Origin: an uncultured delta proteobacterium | GTDB lineage: Bacteria > Myxococcota_A > Polyangia > Polyangiales > Polyangiaceae | DNA length: 64,000 nt | Assembly: GCA_963696385.1 (NCBI GenBank) | Contig: CAVOKF010000008.1 | Span: 416,001 to 480,000 of the forward strand | Reading direction: 5' to 3' | Part shown: in pieces, positions 1 through 8,142 of the stretch | Numbering within the stretch: the stretch's first letter is position 1 | Layout: each line of letters opens with the position of its first letter | Position numbers and translations under genes: made by a program | The notes under the pieces: model-generated | What the model was told of the DNA's origin: nothing | What the model saw: the letters and a program-made list of their open reading frames with translations, nothing else | The model's database searches: none

Positions 1-404
1 GGGTCGAACCGCAACGTTGCACGCGCGACTTCCTCGCCGCGCCCGTCGTAGAGGCCGGCCGAAAGCAGAGTCAAGGACTCGAGCGGCGACAGACCGTGCC
101 ACTCTTTGTGCCCGTTCAGCTCGTACGGGCGCCCGTCGTCGCCGCGAAACGCGAACCGGTACGGGATGCGCCCTTCATCCAAACGACGCAGGCAAATCGT
201 CCCGGCGATCGACTGACCCTTGGCGAGCCGCTCGGCGTCGATCGTCCCCGACAGCTGCCAGACCTTGTGGCTCACGAGGGCGCGCAGGTCCGGCGTCGTG
301 ACCTTCAAATCGACGCCCATGGCGAGCTCGTCTGTGGGCGCGTCGAGCATCCAGTAGCTTCCGGTCAGCCACTCGTGAAACGACGCGGCGGGGAACGACA
401 ACAC
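1..404 (-). CDS. Hypothetical protein, 3' end runs off the window
   Basis: Not in the ORF track (no stop in window). Manual translation from GTG at 404 gives MLSFPAASFHEWLTGSYWMLDAPTDELAMGVDLKV...IPYRFAFRGDDGRPYELNGHKEW...ARATLRFD, open to base 1 and starting 5 nt after the upstream stop. Confidence 0.7.
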   Translation of the reverse strand, partial: MLSFPAASFHEWLTGSYWMLDAPTDELAMGVDLKVTTPDLRALVSHKVWQLSGTIDAERLAKGQSIAGTICLRRLDEGRIPYRFAFRGDDGRPYELNGHKEWHGLSPLESLTLLSAGLYDGRGEEVARATLRFD

Positions 405-409
405 GGCGG

Positions 410-754
410 CTAGAGCGGGCCGCCGGCGCCATTTTTCGCGCCTGTGCGGTCGATGAGCCGATGGACGACCTCTCCCGACGCCGCGGCGGCCGCGATCTCC
501 TCGACGTCCGCAAGGACGACGCCGCCGTACGCGACGTGCTCGGGCTCCTGAAGGACCGTCACTCCGGTTTCGCAAAGATCGAGGCAGGTCGACCCGCAGG
601 CCCGCACCCTGTCTTTGGCCACGCCGCGGCGCATAAGCTCCTCCTTCAGCCGGCCGAGGATCTCTTCGGATCCCTTCTCGCCGCACGATCCTTTCGGATG
701 CCCGTCGGGGCGGCGGTTGGTGCACACGAAGAGGTAGCGCTCACGAAAAGGCAT
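410..754 (-). CDS. Thioredoxin-like (2Fe-2S) ferredoxin
   Basis: MPFRERYLFVCTNRR...GSC...CGSTCLDLCETG..QEPEHVAYGGV: Cys spacing of the TRX-fold 2Fe-2S ferredoxin family; ATG at 754. Confidence 0.85.
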   Translation of the reverse strand: MPFRERYLFVCTNRRPDGHPKGSCGEKGSEEILGRLKEELMRRGVAKDRVRACGSTCLDLCETGVTVLQEPEHVAYGGVVLADVEEIAAAAASGEVVHRLIDRTGAKNGAGGPL

Positions 755-881
755 GGCCGACCTTGCCCCGAAACTTGACGCGGCCCCGCAAGCGGCGTCA
801 AGCGCCGGTTTTCCGTCCGACCGCGTTCGACGCCATTCCCACCTTGCACTTCGGCCGCGACCGGACGATCCTCCGCCCCCC

Positions 882-1817
882 ATGAACGCGCGAATTCTTG
901 CTCTGGTGATTTCACTCTCCCTTGCCGCAACCGCTTCGGCGTGCGGCGGGGCCAACGACAACCTGCCGCCTCCGCCGCCTCCGCCGCCTCCGCCGCCGGC
1001 AACGGCATCGGCGGCGCCCTCCGCCTCGGCCGCCCCGCCGCCGGCTGCGACCGCCGCTCCTGCGCCGCCGCCGCCCGTGGAGTTGACCGAGGGATTGGCT
1101 AGCCCCGATCCCGCTCCTCCGACGCCGACCGTCACGTTCGTCTCCCCGACGAAAGACCAGGTCGTGCCGACGGCCAAGGCCTCGGACCTTGAAATCAAGC
1201 TCGACGTCAAGAATTGGAAGACGGCGCCGGGCGACGCCCACGTTCACCTCATCTTGGACGCGTTCCCGTACAAGCCCATTTTCGATCCCAAAACCCCCGT
1301 CAAGATTTCCGATCTGACCGGCGGCCAGGCGCTCGCGGAAGGGCAGCACGTGCTCGCGGCATTTCCGAGCCGCGCGAACCACGAGAGCGTCAAGACCAAG
1401 GGGGCCGTCGCGCTGCTGGAGTTCTGGGTCGGCAAGAAGGGCGAAAAGCAGCAGGACATCTCGAAGCCCTTGGTCATCTACAGCCGTCCCAAAGGCGAAT
1501 ACAAGGGCGACATGGCCAACCACGTGTTGGTCGACTTCCAGATCGCGAACACGACGCTCGCCCCGGGCAAAAACCACGTTCACATCGCGGTCAGCGGCCC
1601 CGGGATCGACGGCGAGAAGACCTCGGACGTGACCAAGTTCGGAGCCCCGTACTACCTCGACCATTTGCAGGACGGCTCGTACTCGGTGAAGCTCGATTTG
1701 CTCGGCGCCGACGGGAAAGTGTTGCCGGGAACGTGGAACTCGACAACGCGACAATTCACCGTCTCCCACGCGGCCTCGGCCACGTCGCCCGCACCGGCCG
1801 CGGCCGCGACTCCTTAA
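882..1817 (+). CDS. Proline-rich lipoprotein with two Ig-like/beta domains
   Basis: Signal peptide with lipobox ASAC, poly-Pro linker, then a globular region with two HVH motifs. Confidence 0.75.
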   Translation: MNARILALVISLSLAATASACGGANDNLPPPPPPPPPPPATASAAPSASAAPPPAATAAPAPPPPVELTEGLASPDPAPPTPTVTFVSPTKDQVVPTAKASDLEIKLDVKNWKTAPGDAHVHLILDAFPYKPIFDPKTPVKISDLTGGQALAEGQHVLAAFPSRANHESVKTKGAVALLEFWVGKKGEKQQDISKPLVIYSRPKGEYKGDMANHVLVDFQIANTTLAPGKNHVHIAVSGPGIDGEKTSDVTKFGAPYYLDHLQDGSYSVKLDLLGADGKVLPGTWNSTTRQFTVSHAASATSPAPAAAATP

Positions 1818-1835
1818 AGTCGTGTTCCCCAGCCT

Positions 1836-1924
1836 GCCGCGCGATTCGATGCGGCGGCCGGTCGCGCGGATCGTACCCCCGTACGGCAGCCGAGCGACTT
1901 TGCTCGCATCGAATCGCTCGCGGC
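1836..1924. repeat. Long imperfect inverted repeat (about 90-nt rod-like hairpin)
   Basis: GCGATTCGATGCG (1841-1853) pairs with CGCATCGAATCGC (1905-1917); inner stems GTCGC/GCGAC and CGTAC-CCCC-GTACG. Confidence 0.7.
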
Positions 1925-2001
1925 GGCATCCGTGCCGGCACGGCCCGCCGAAGCCTGAGGCGTGCCCACGAACGTCGAGCGGTCGTGTAAGGTAAAGGCC
2001 C

Positions 2002-3513
2002 GTGCAGTTGCTCGCCATCGTCCAGTCGGCGACGGCCGCGATGGATCTGTTCGCGGCACTCGTGCTGGCGCTGACTTTCCTGCGCCACCGTACCGATCGC
2101 GAGTATTCGCTCGCGGCGTTGGTCGCGCTCGCCGCCGCGCTGCACGCGGCCGGCACCTCGTTTTCGACGCACCCGATCTCGGGCATGTCCGCGCCCCTGG
2201 CCCATCTCGTCGCATCGTCGGGTCTGGTCGCGGCGCTGCCGCTCGCCGTTCACTTCGCGATCGAGTACTCGGCCGTCCAGGCACCGCGAACCCTGATCGG
2301 GGTCATTTACGGCGCCGCGGCCCTCGTCGAAGCCGTCGACCTCAGAGGGCCGCTCGGGGGTCGCGGGGCTCACGGTTCGCGGTTCTTCTTCGATGTGCCC
2401 GGTGCGATTTCGCACGCGCTCGTTCGAACCGACTCGCTCGTCGCCTCCGCTGCCGCCATCGTCGCCGCCGCTGCGGTCTGCGTGCTCGTTGGACGCCCAC
2501 ACCCGAGCGGTCGTCGCGAAGGACTCGCCATCGTCGCCGGATCGGGGGTGCTGCTCGCGGCGGCCCTTCACGACGTGGCGGTGGCGATCGGGGCGATCTC
2601 GTCCGGGCCCCTGGTCGACGTCGGGCTCACGGCGTTCGTCGTGGGCATCGCGACCACGCCAAGCGCGCGCTACGCGCAAGTCTCGCTCGATCTGGATCGA
2701 CGGACCCGGGAGCTTCGAACGCGGACCAGCGAACTACGGCGCTCGTACGAAGAGCTCCGCACCGCCGAAGAAGAGCTCGTCAAGAAGGAACAGCTCGCCG
2801 TCGTCGGCGAGCTCGCTGCCGTCATCGCGCATGAAGTTCGAAATCCGCTCGCGATCATCGCCAACGCGGTGGCAGGCCTGCGCAAGCAGGCCATGTCGCG
2901 CGAAAACTACGACGTCTTGCTGGCGATCCTCGATGAAGAGACCAGCCGTCTCAATCGATTGGTCACGGACCTGCTTCGGTACGCCCGCCCGGTCAACGTC
3001 CAGCGCACGTACGTCCCCCTCGAGGACTTGCTCGAGCGCGCGCTCGCACTCGCCGACACGGGCACGAAGAGCATCCGCATGGGTCTTACGATGGAGGTCG
3101 ACGAGGGGCACTACTGGGGCGACGCAAACCTGTTGCGTCAGGTATTCGACAATTTGATCGACAATGCCGTGCAGGCCATGACCGTCGGCGGCAGCCTGAC
3201 GATCTGCGTCCGCGCGGCCATCGAGGAAGGACTCGACGGGCTCGCGGTGGACATCATCGATACGGGCGAGGGCATGGACACGCAGGTGCGATCGCGCGCG
3301 CTCGACCCGTTCTTCACGACCCGCCCGAGCGGCACGGGCTTGGGCCTCGCCATCGTGGACCGTATCGTCGAGGCACACGGGGGGCGTCTGTCGATCGAGA
3401 GCCGCGCCGGCGAAGGAACCACCGTGACGGTGTTTCTGCCGCGGCATTCGGCGAGCGAGCCACCGAGAGCCTTGCAGACCGGGCCGCAGGACGGAAGCGA
3501 CGCCAGCGCATGA
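2002..3513 (+). CDS. Membrane-bound sensor histidine kinase (multi-TM N-terminus, HisKA, HATPase_c)
   Basis: H-box AHEVRNPL, N-box NLIDNAVQA, DTGEG, PFFTT, GTGLGL. Confidence 0.9.
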   Translation: MQLLAIVQSATAAMDLFAALVLALTFLRHRTDREYSLAALVALAAALHAAGTSFSTHPISGMSAPLAHLVASSGLVAALPLAVHFAIEYSAVQAPRTLIGVIYGAAALVEAVDLRGPLGGRGAHGSRFFFDVPGAISHALVRTDSLVASAAAIVAAAAVCVLVGRPHPSGRREGLAIVAGSGVLLAAALHDVAVAIGAISSGPLVDVGLTAFVVGIATTPSARYAQVSLDLDRRTRELRTRTSELRRSYEELRTAEEELVKKEQLAVVGELAAVIAHEVRNPLAIIANAVAGLRKQAMSRENYDVLLAILDEETSRLNRLVTDLLRYARPVNVQRTYVPLEDLLERALALADTGTKSIRMGLTMEVDEGHYWGDANLLRQVFDNLIDNAVQAMTVGGSLTICVRAAIEEGLDGLAVDIIDTGEGMDTQVRSRALDPFFTTRPSGTGLGLAIVDRIVEAHGGRLSIESRAGEGTTVTVFLPRHSASEPPRALQTGPQDGSDASA

Positions 3514-3684
3514 GCGGCGACGCGCCCGTCGCCAAGGCAGACATACGACATCGTCGGCCAGGCTCTCTACGGCCCGTCGACCGGACGCGGCTTGACTCCG
3601 AACGTCAAGCGCCCTCATACACGGGGTCCGCGGGACGGCGATCGACTGCCGGGGTCAGCAACCGGTAGCCCAATCTGCGATTCC

Positions 3685-3700
3685 GTCACGCGAACGTAAC
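3685..3700 (+). promoter_or_regulatory. Putative Pho-box-like direct repeat
   Basis: GTCAC-N6-GTAAC (11-bp period) ending 22 nt upstream of a PhoB-like gene. Confidence 0.45.
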
Positions 3701-3722
3701 TCCATCTCGATAGAGGGCACCC

Positions 3723-4415
3723 ATGGCGCGCATCTTGGTCGTCGAGGACGAAAGCGATATCCAGGAGGTCCTCGAGTACAATTTGAAGCGCGACGGCCAC
3801 GACGTCATGTTGACCTCGACCGCGAAGGATGGCCTGCGTCACGCGCGCGAGCGCCGCCCCGACCTGGTGCTCCTCGACTTGATGCTTCCCGACGGTTCGG
3901 GAACGGACCTGTGCAAGTCGCTGCGCCAGGACTCCGCCACGCGCGGCGTGCGGGTCATGATGCTCACCGCAAAGGGCGAGGAGATCGACCGGGTGCTCGG
4001 CTTCGAACTCGGCGCGGACGACTACGTGGTCAAGCCGTTCAGCGTGCGCGAGCTCTTGTTACGCGTTCAAGCCGTCCTGCGTCGTACGACGTCCGACGAG
4101 ACGGGCGAAACGATGCAGTTCGGAACCCTTCGCGTCGATCGGGGTGCGCACCGTATCTGGGTCGAGGGCCAAGAGGTGGAGCTTACCGCGCTCGAGTTCA
4201 AGCTGCTCGTCACGCTTTACGACCGCCGCAACCGCGTGCAGACTCGTGATGCGTTGCTGAGCGATGTCTGGAAGATCGACGCGGACGTGACGACCCGCAC
4301 CGTCGATACGCACGTCAAACGGCTGCGCGAAAAGCTCGGAACCGCTGGGATCTACATCCAAACCGTGCGCGGGGTGGGTTACCGCTTCGCCGAGAGGCCC
4401 GACGAGGTCAGTTGA
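3723..4415 (+). CDS. OmpR/PhoB-family response regulator (PhoB/PhoP-like)
   Basis: REC domain (VVEDE, LLDLMLP, LTAKGEEIDRVLGFELGADDYVVKPFS) and winged helix TRTVDTHVKRLREKLG...TVRGVGYRF. Confidence 0.93.
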   Translation: MARILVVEDESDIQEVLEYNLKRDGHDVMLTSTAKDGLRHARERRPDLVLLDLMLPDGSGTDLCKSLRQDSATRGVRVMMLTAKGEEIDRVLGFELGADDYVVKPFSVRELLLRVQAVLRRTTSDETGETMQFGTLRVDRGAHRIWVEGQEVELTALEFKLLVTLYDRRNRVQTRDALLSDVWKIDADVTTRTVDTHVKRLREKLGTAGIYIQTVRGVGYRFAERPDEVS

Positions 4416-4500
4416 CGGCCACCGGGCCGCTGGCCGCGTCTCGACGAGCGGGCCAGGGCCGGCGACCACGCCGGCACCGTCTCGACAAGGGGCCTCGCTC

Positions 4501-4974
4501 TCAGTCCGATTCGCTGGCGTCCGGAGCCGCGTCGGTCGCGTCGGGAGTCGCGTCGGTCGCGTCGGAAGTCGCGTCGGTCGCGTCTGGAGTCGCATCGCCC
4601 ACCTCGACGTCCGGAGCCGCGTCGGACGCGTCCGGAGTGGCATCGCCCACCTCGACGTCGGAAGCCGCGTCGGACGCGTCGGGCTTAGCGTCCGGGGCCG
4701 CATCGGCAACCTCGACGTCCGAAGCCGCGTCGGACGCGTCCGGAGTCGCATCGACAACCTCGACGTCCGAAGCCGCGTCGGACGCGTCGGTCCCCGCATC
4801 CGCCACACCACTGTCGACGCCGGTGTCTGTCCCCGAGTCAGCGACGACGCCCGTCTCCAACGGAGCGTCCGTCCCGCTATCGGTGCCGGGCCCGCTGGAA
4901 GTGCTGCTGCTGCAGCCGACGGCGAGGAAAAGAAATGAAAGCGAAAGCGACCTCAAGACCTGATGCGAACGCAT
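4501..4974 (-). CDS. Small acidic repeat lipoprotein
   Basis: Lipobox AVGC followed by repeats of DASDAASDVEVxDATP, with no globular domain. Confidence 0.7.
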   Translation of the reverse strand: MRSHQVLRSLSLSFLFLAVGCSSSTSSGPGTDSGTDAPLETGVVADSGTDTGVDSGVADAGTDASDAASDVEVVDATPDASDAASDVEVADAAPDAKPDASDAASDVEVGDATPDASDAAPDVEVGDATPDATDATSDATDATPDATDAAPDASESD

Positions 4975-5189
4975 GAGTCCTCCTCTACGTTAAAAAAGTA
5001 CCGGGCCAGCTCAGTGGGTACCGGACACGCGTATCTAGCAGGCGGCCGCATTGTTGCCAGGATGTAACGCACCACGCTTTCGCTTTTTTCTTTCACCGAG
5101 AGCGCACACCCCGGACGAATGCACCACGATGCGGCCTGATGCTTTGACTCCCTCCGAATCCGCCGCTCGTCGGCTCGGCGCGCGCTTGC

Positions 5190-7139
5190 ATGCAGCGCGC
5201 GCTCGAGAACCTGTCTCGGCGCCAATCCCCCGACGGCGCATGGTCGGGCGACTACGGCGGACCGATGTTCCTCCTGCCGATGTACGTTGCGCTGGCGTAC
5301 TCGGCCGGCGCGATTCCCGAGCGGCATCGCGCCGGCTTTGTCGACCACTTCCGAAATGTCCAAGGACAAGGCGATCGGATCGGCTTGCACGCCGAGGACC
5401 CGCGCGGGTCGATGTTCGCCACGGTTCTCGGCTACGTGGCGCAGCGTTTGTTGGGCGTCGAGCCCGACGAACCCCGGATGATCCGACTGCGAGCGTGGAT
5501 CCACCGCGAAGGGTCGCCTCTCGGCGCCCCATCGTGGGGCAAGTTCACGCTCTGTCTCTTGGGCCTCTACGACTGGAGCGGAATCCACCCCGTCCTGCCG
5601 GAGCTTTGGTTGCTGCCCCCCGCAGTCGCATTTCACCCGCGGCGGCTCTGGTGCCACTGCCGGCAAGCGTATCTGCCCATGGCGTGGCTTTACGGCCGCC
5701 GGGCGACCACTCCCGAAAACGCGCTCATCCGAGCCTTGCGTGACGAGATTTATGGGGCCGACGTTTACCCGCGCATTGCTTGGGCGGCACACCGGGACAC
5801 GATCGCCGCGACGGATGCGTGCCGTCCCCCAAACGCCGCCCTTCGAGCGGCGAACGGCCTGCAAGACCTCTTCGAGCCCATTTGCCCTGCGCGGTTGCGA
5901 CGGCGCGCCATGGATCGCGTCCTCGATCACGTTCGCTACGAGGACCGCGCGACTCAGTGGATCAACCTCGGGCCGGTGAACAAAGTGCTCAACGGCTTCG
6001 TCCACCACTTCAACGATCCGGGCGGCGACGATTTTCGGCGCGCGTTCGCCGCGTGCGAACCGTATCTATGGCCCGGCCACGACGGCACGAAGATGCAGGG
6101 CTACAACAGCAGCAAGCTCTGGGACACGGCGTTCGCCATCCAGGCTGCGCTGGCCGCCGGCGCCCCGCACTCTCACGGATCGCACCGCGCCATGGTCGAG
6201 CGTGCACACGGCTACCTCTGCGACAATCAGATCCTCGAGGACGTCCCGGATGCGGAGCGCTACTACCGTCACGCCTCTCGCGGCGGCTGGCCCTTCTCCA
6301 ACCGGGCGCACGGATGGCCCGTCACCGACTGCACGGCCGAGGGGCTCAAGTGTGCGCTCGCCCTCGAGGGCCAAACCGCCACGGACATTCCCGAAGCGCT
6401 CCTGCGCGACGCCCTCGCCTTGATCCTGTCGTGGCAGAACGACGACGGAGGATGGGCGACCTATGAACGGCAGCGCGGAGGCGCGTGGCTCGAGCTTTTG
6501 AATCCCTCCCAGGTGTTCGGCGACATCATGGTCGATTATTCGTACGTCGAGTGCACGAGCGCTTGTCTTCAGGCGATCGCCCGAGCGCGCATCCGGTTCA
6601 AGGAGACTGCCCTCGGCGAGCGAATCGACCAGGCCGTGAGACGCGGGGCGCGCTTTCTTCGCGGCGCGCAGCGTGCCGACGGCAGCTTCGAGGGATCCTG
6701 GGGCGTCTGCTTCACCTACGGAACATGGTTCGGCGTCAGTGGACTGCTGGCGGCCGGCGTGGCCCCGAGCGACTCGGCCATCGATCGTGCGTGCGCCTTT
6801 CTCCTACGCAAACAGCGCGCCGACGGCAGTTGGGGCGAGCACGGCGACTCCTGCCGCGAGCGGCGGTACATCGATGCCCCCGCGGGGGGCGCCGCCCAAA
6901 CGGCCTGGGCGTTGTCGACGCTCGTGCGCGCACGACACGCCAGCCGACCGGCGCAGGAGAGCGCGGTCCGATGGATCGTGGCTCGGCAACGACCGGACGG
7001 GGCATGGCCTCGTGAACCGCTCGTCGGAGTCTTCAACAAGACGTGCTTGATCAACTACGACAACTACCGCCACTATTTCCCGCTATGGGCCGTGGCCGAG
7101 TGGTACGCTACAGTCGCGGAGCCGCGATTCGATCGGTGA
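5190..7139 (+). CDS. osc: 2,3-oxidosqualene cyclase (lanosterol/cycloartenol synthase family)
   Basis: DYGGPMFLLP, LWCHCR, MQGYN, catalytic VTDCTAE (not the DxDD of squalene-hopene cyclase), DYSYVECTS, GSWGVCFTYGTWF, QxxDGxW repeats, YRHYFPLWA. Confidence 0.95.
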   Translation: MQRALENLSRRQSPDGAWSGDYGGPMFLLPMYVALAYSAGAIPERHRAGFVDHFRNVQGQGDRIGLHAEDPRGSMFATVLGYVAQRLLGVEPDEPRMIRLRAWIHREGSPLGAPSWGKFTLCLLGLYDWSGIHPVLPELWLLPPAVAFHPRRLWCHCRQAYLPMAWLYGRRATTPENALIRALRDEIYGADVYPRIAWAAHRDTIAATDACRPPNAALRAANGLQDLFEPICPARLRRRAMDRVLDHVRYEDRATQWINLGPVNKVLNGFVHHFNDPGGDDFRRAFAACEPYLWPGHDGTKMQGYNSSKLWDTAFAIQAALAAGAPHSHGSHRAMVERAHGYLCDNQILEDVPDAERYYRHASRGGWPFSNRAHGWPVTDCTAEGLKCALALEGQTATDIPEALLRDALALILSWQNDDGGWATYERQRGGAWLELLNPSQVFGDIMVDYSYVECTSACLQAIARARIRFKETALGERIDQAVRRGARFLRGAQRADGSFEGSWGVCFTYGTWFGVSGLLAAGVAPSDSAIDRACAFLLRKQRADGSWGEHGDSCRERRYIDAPAGGAAQTAWALSTLVRARHASRPAQESAVRWIVARQRPDGAWPREPLVGVFNKTCLINYDNYRHYFPLWAVAEWYATVAEPRFDR

Positions 7140-8001
7140 TGCGCGCCAGCATCTGAAGGACGGTCGCGCGCGGCACCTTGGCGCCTGCCCCGTCCTTCTC
7201 CAGACGATCGAGCGTCGCGTCCGCGAGGTCGGCGGAAAGCGTCGTGAAGCCGACGAAGCCCCGCGGCGCCCCACCCCGCTCGAGCGCAGCGATGTATGCG
7301 CGAGCCTTGTCCATATCGGCGCGGGCGATCGCGAGGACGTCCGACCGGGCCACCGTCGACGGCACGTACGCGCGCCCGTCCACCGCGTCGACCGATTCGT
7401 CCTTGAGGATATTCACGAGCTGCAGCCCTTCGCCGAAAGCGACCTGATTTTCGACCAGGGTCGCGCGAACCGCCTCGAGACTCGGCGCATCGTGCACGAA
7501 GATCTCGGTCAGAAGCTCGCCGACGATTCCGGCAACCACGTAGCAATACGCGCGCAGCTCTTCGAGGCTACCCAGTTGCAGGCCTCCCGCTTCGTCCATG
7601 CCTGCGACCGTCGTGCGCATGCCCCGAGCGGTGCGGCTTGCGTGTTCGAGCAGGATCTTCTGCGTCGCGGGATCCAGGCGCCGGACGTTCTCGAGCACCT
7701 CGGGCATGGCCCCCAACAGATCGAGGCACGATTGGTTCTTCGTCGGCGGATGCGCCAGCCACGTGCGAGCGTGCTCAGCCGAACGCGCCTCGGAAGGGTC
7801 GCCGAGAAGGGCCGCGAAGGTGTCGAGCGCCGTCACCCTGGCAGGCCGCGACCACAGCTCGGCATCCTCGAGCGTGTCGGCGATCCGAAAGAGCAGGTAA
7901 GCCAGGCAGGTGCTTCGCCGGGTCGGTTCCGGAAGAAGCGGAATCGCCAACGCGAACGTGCGGCTCGTCTTCGTGAGCAGTTCATCGAGAGAAACAGGCA
8001 T
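7108..8001 (-). CDS. sqs: Squalene synthase (farnesyl-diphosphate farnesyltransferase, single-enzyme type)
   Basis: TSRTF flap, YLLFRIADTLED, YCYVVAGIVGELL, GLQLVNILKD..D...GR.Y.P. Confidence 0.85.
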   Translation of the reverse strand: MPVSLDELLTKTSRTFALAIPLLPEPTRRSTCLAYLLFRIADTLEDAELWSRPARVTALDTFAALLGDPSEARSAEHARTWLAHPPTKNQSCLDLLGAMPEVLENVRRLDPATQKILLEHASRTARGMRTTVAGMDEAGGLQLGSLEELRAYCYVVAGIVGELLTEIFVHDAPSLEAVRATLVENQVAFGEGLQLVNILKDESVDAVDGRAYVPSTVARSDVLAIARADMDKARAYIAALERGGAPRGFVGFTTLSADLADATLDRLEKDGAGAKVPRATVLQMLARITDRIAAPRL

Positions 8002-8142
8002 TCGCCAGAGCCTCCTCGGCACGTGGGGGTGTTCGCGAGCGCAAAACGTACGATCGGGTTTCTCCGAACCCGTTAGCTATCCGCCATACTATCGTTTTGA
8101 ACGTGGGCGATCGCCGAAACCGGCGCAAACGCACTTACGCAC

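Noticed and set aside
5190..7139. Squalene-hopene cyclase
   Set aside because: Has DCTAE rather than DxDD, and an epoxidase lies nearby.
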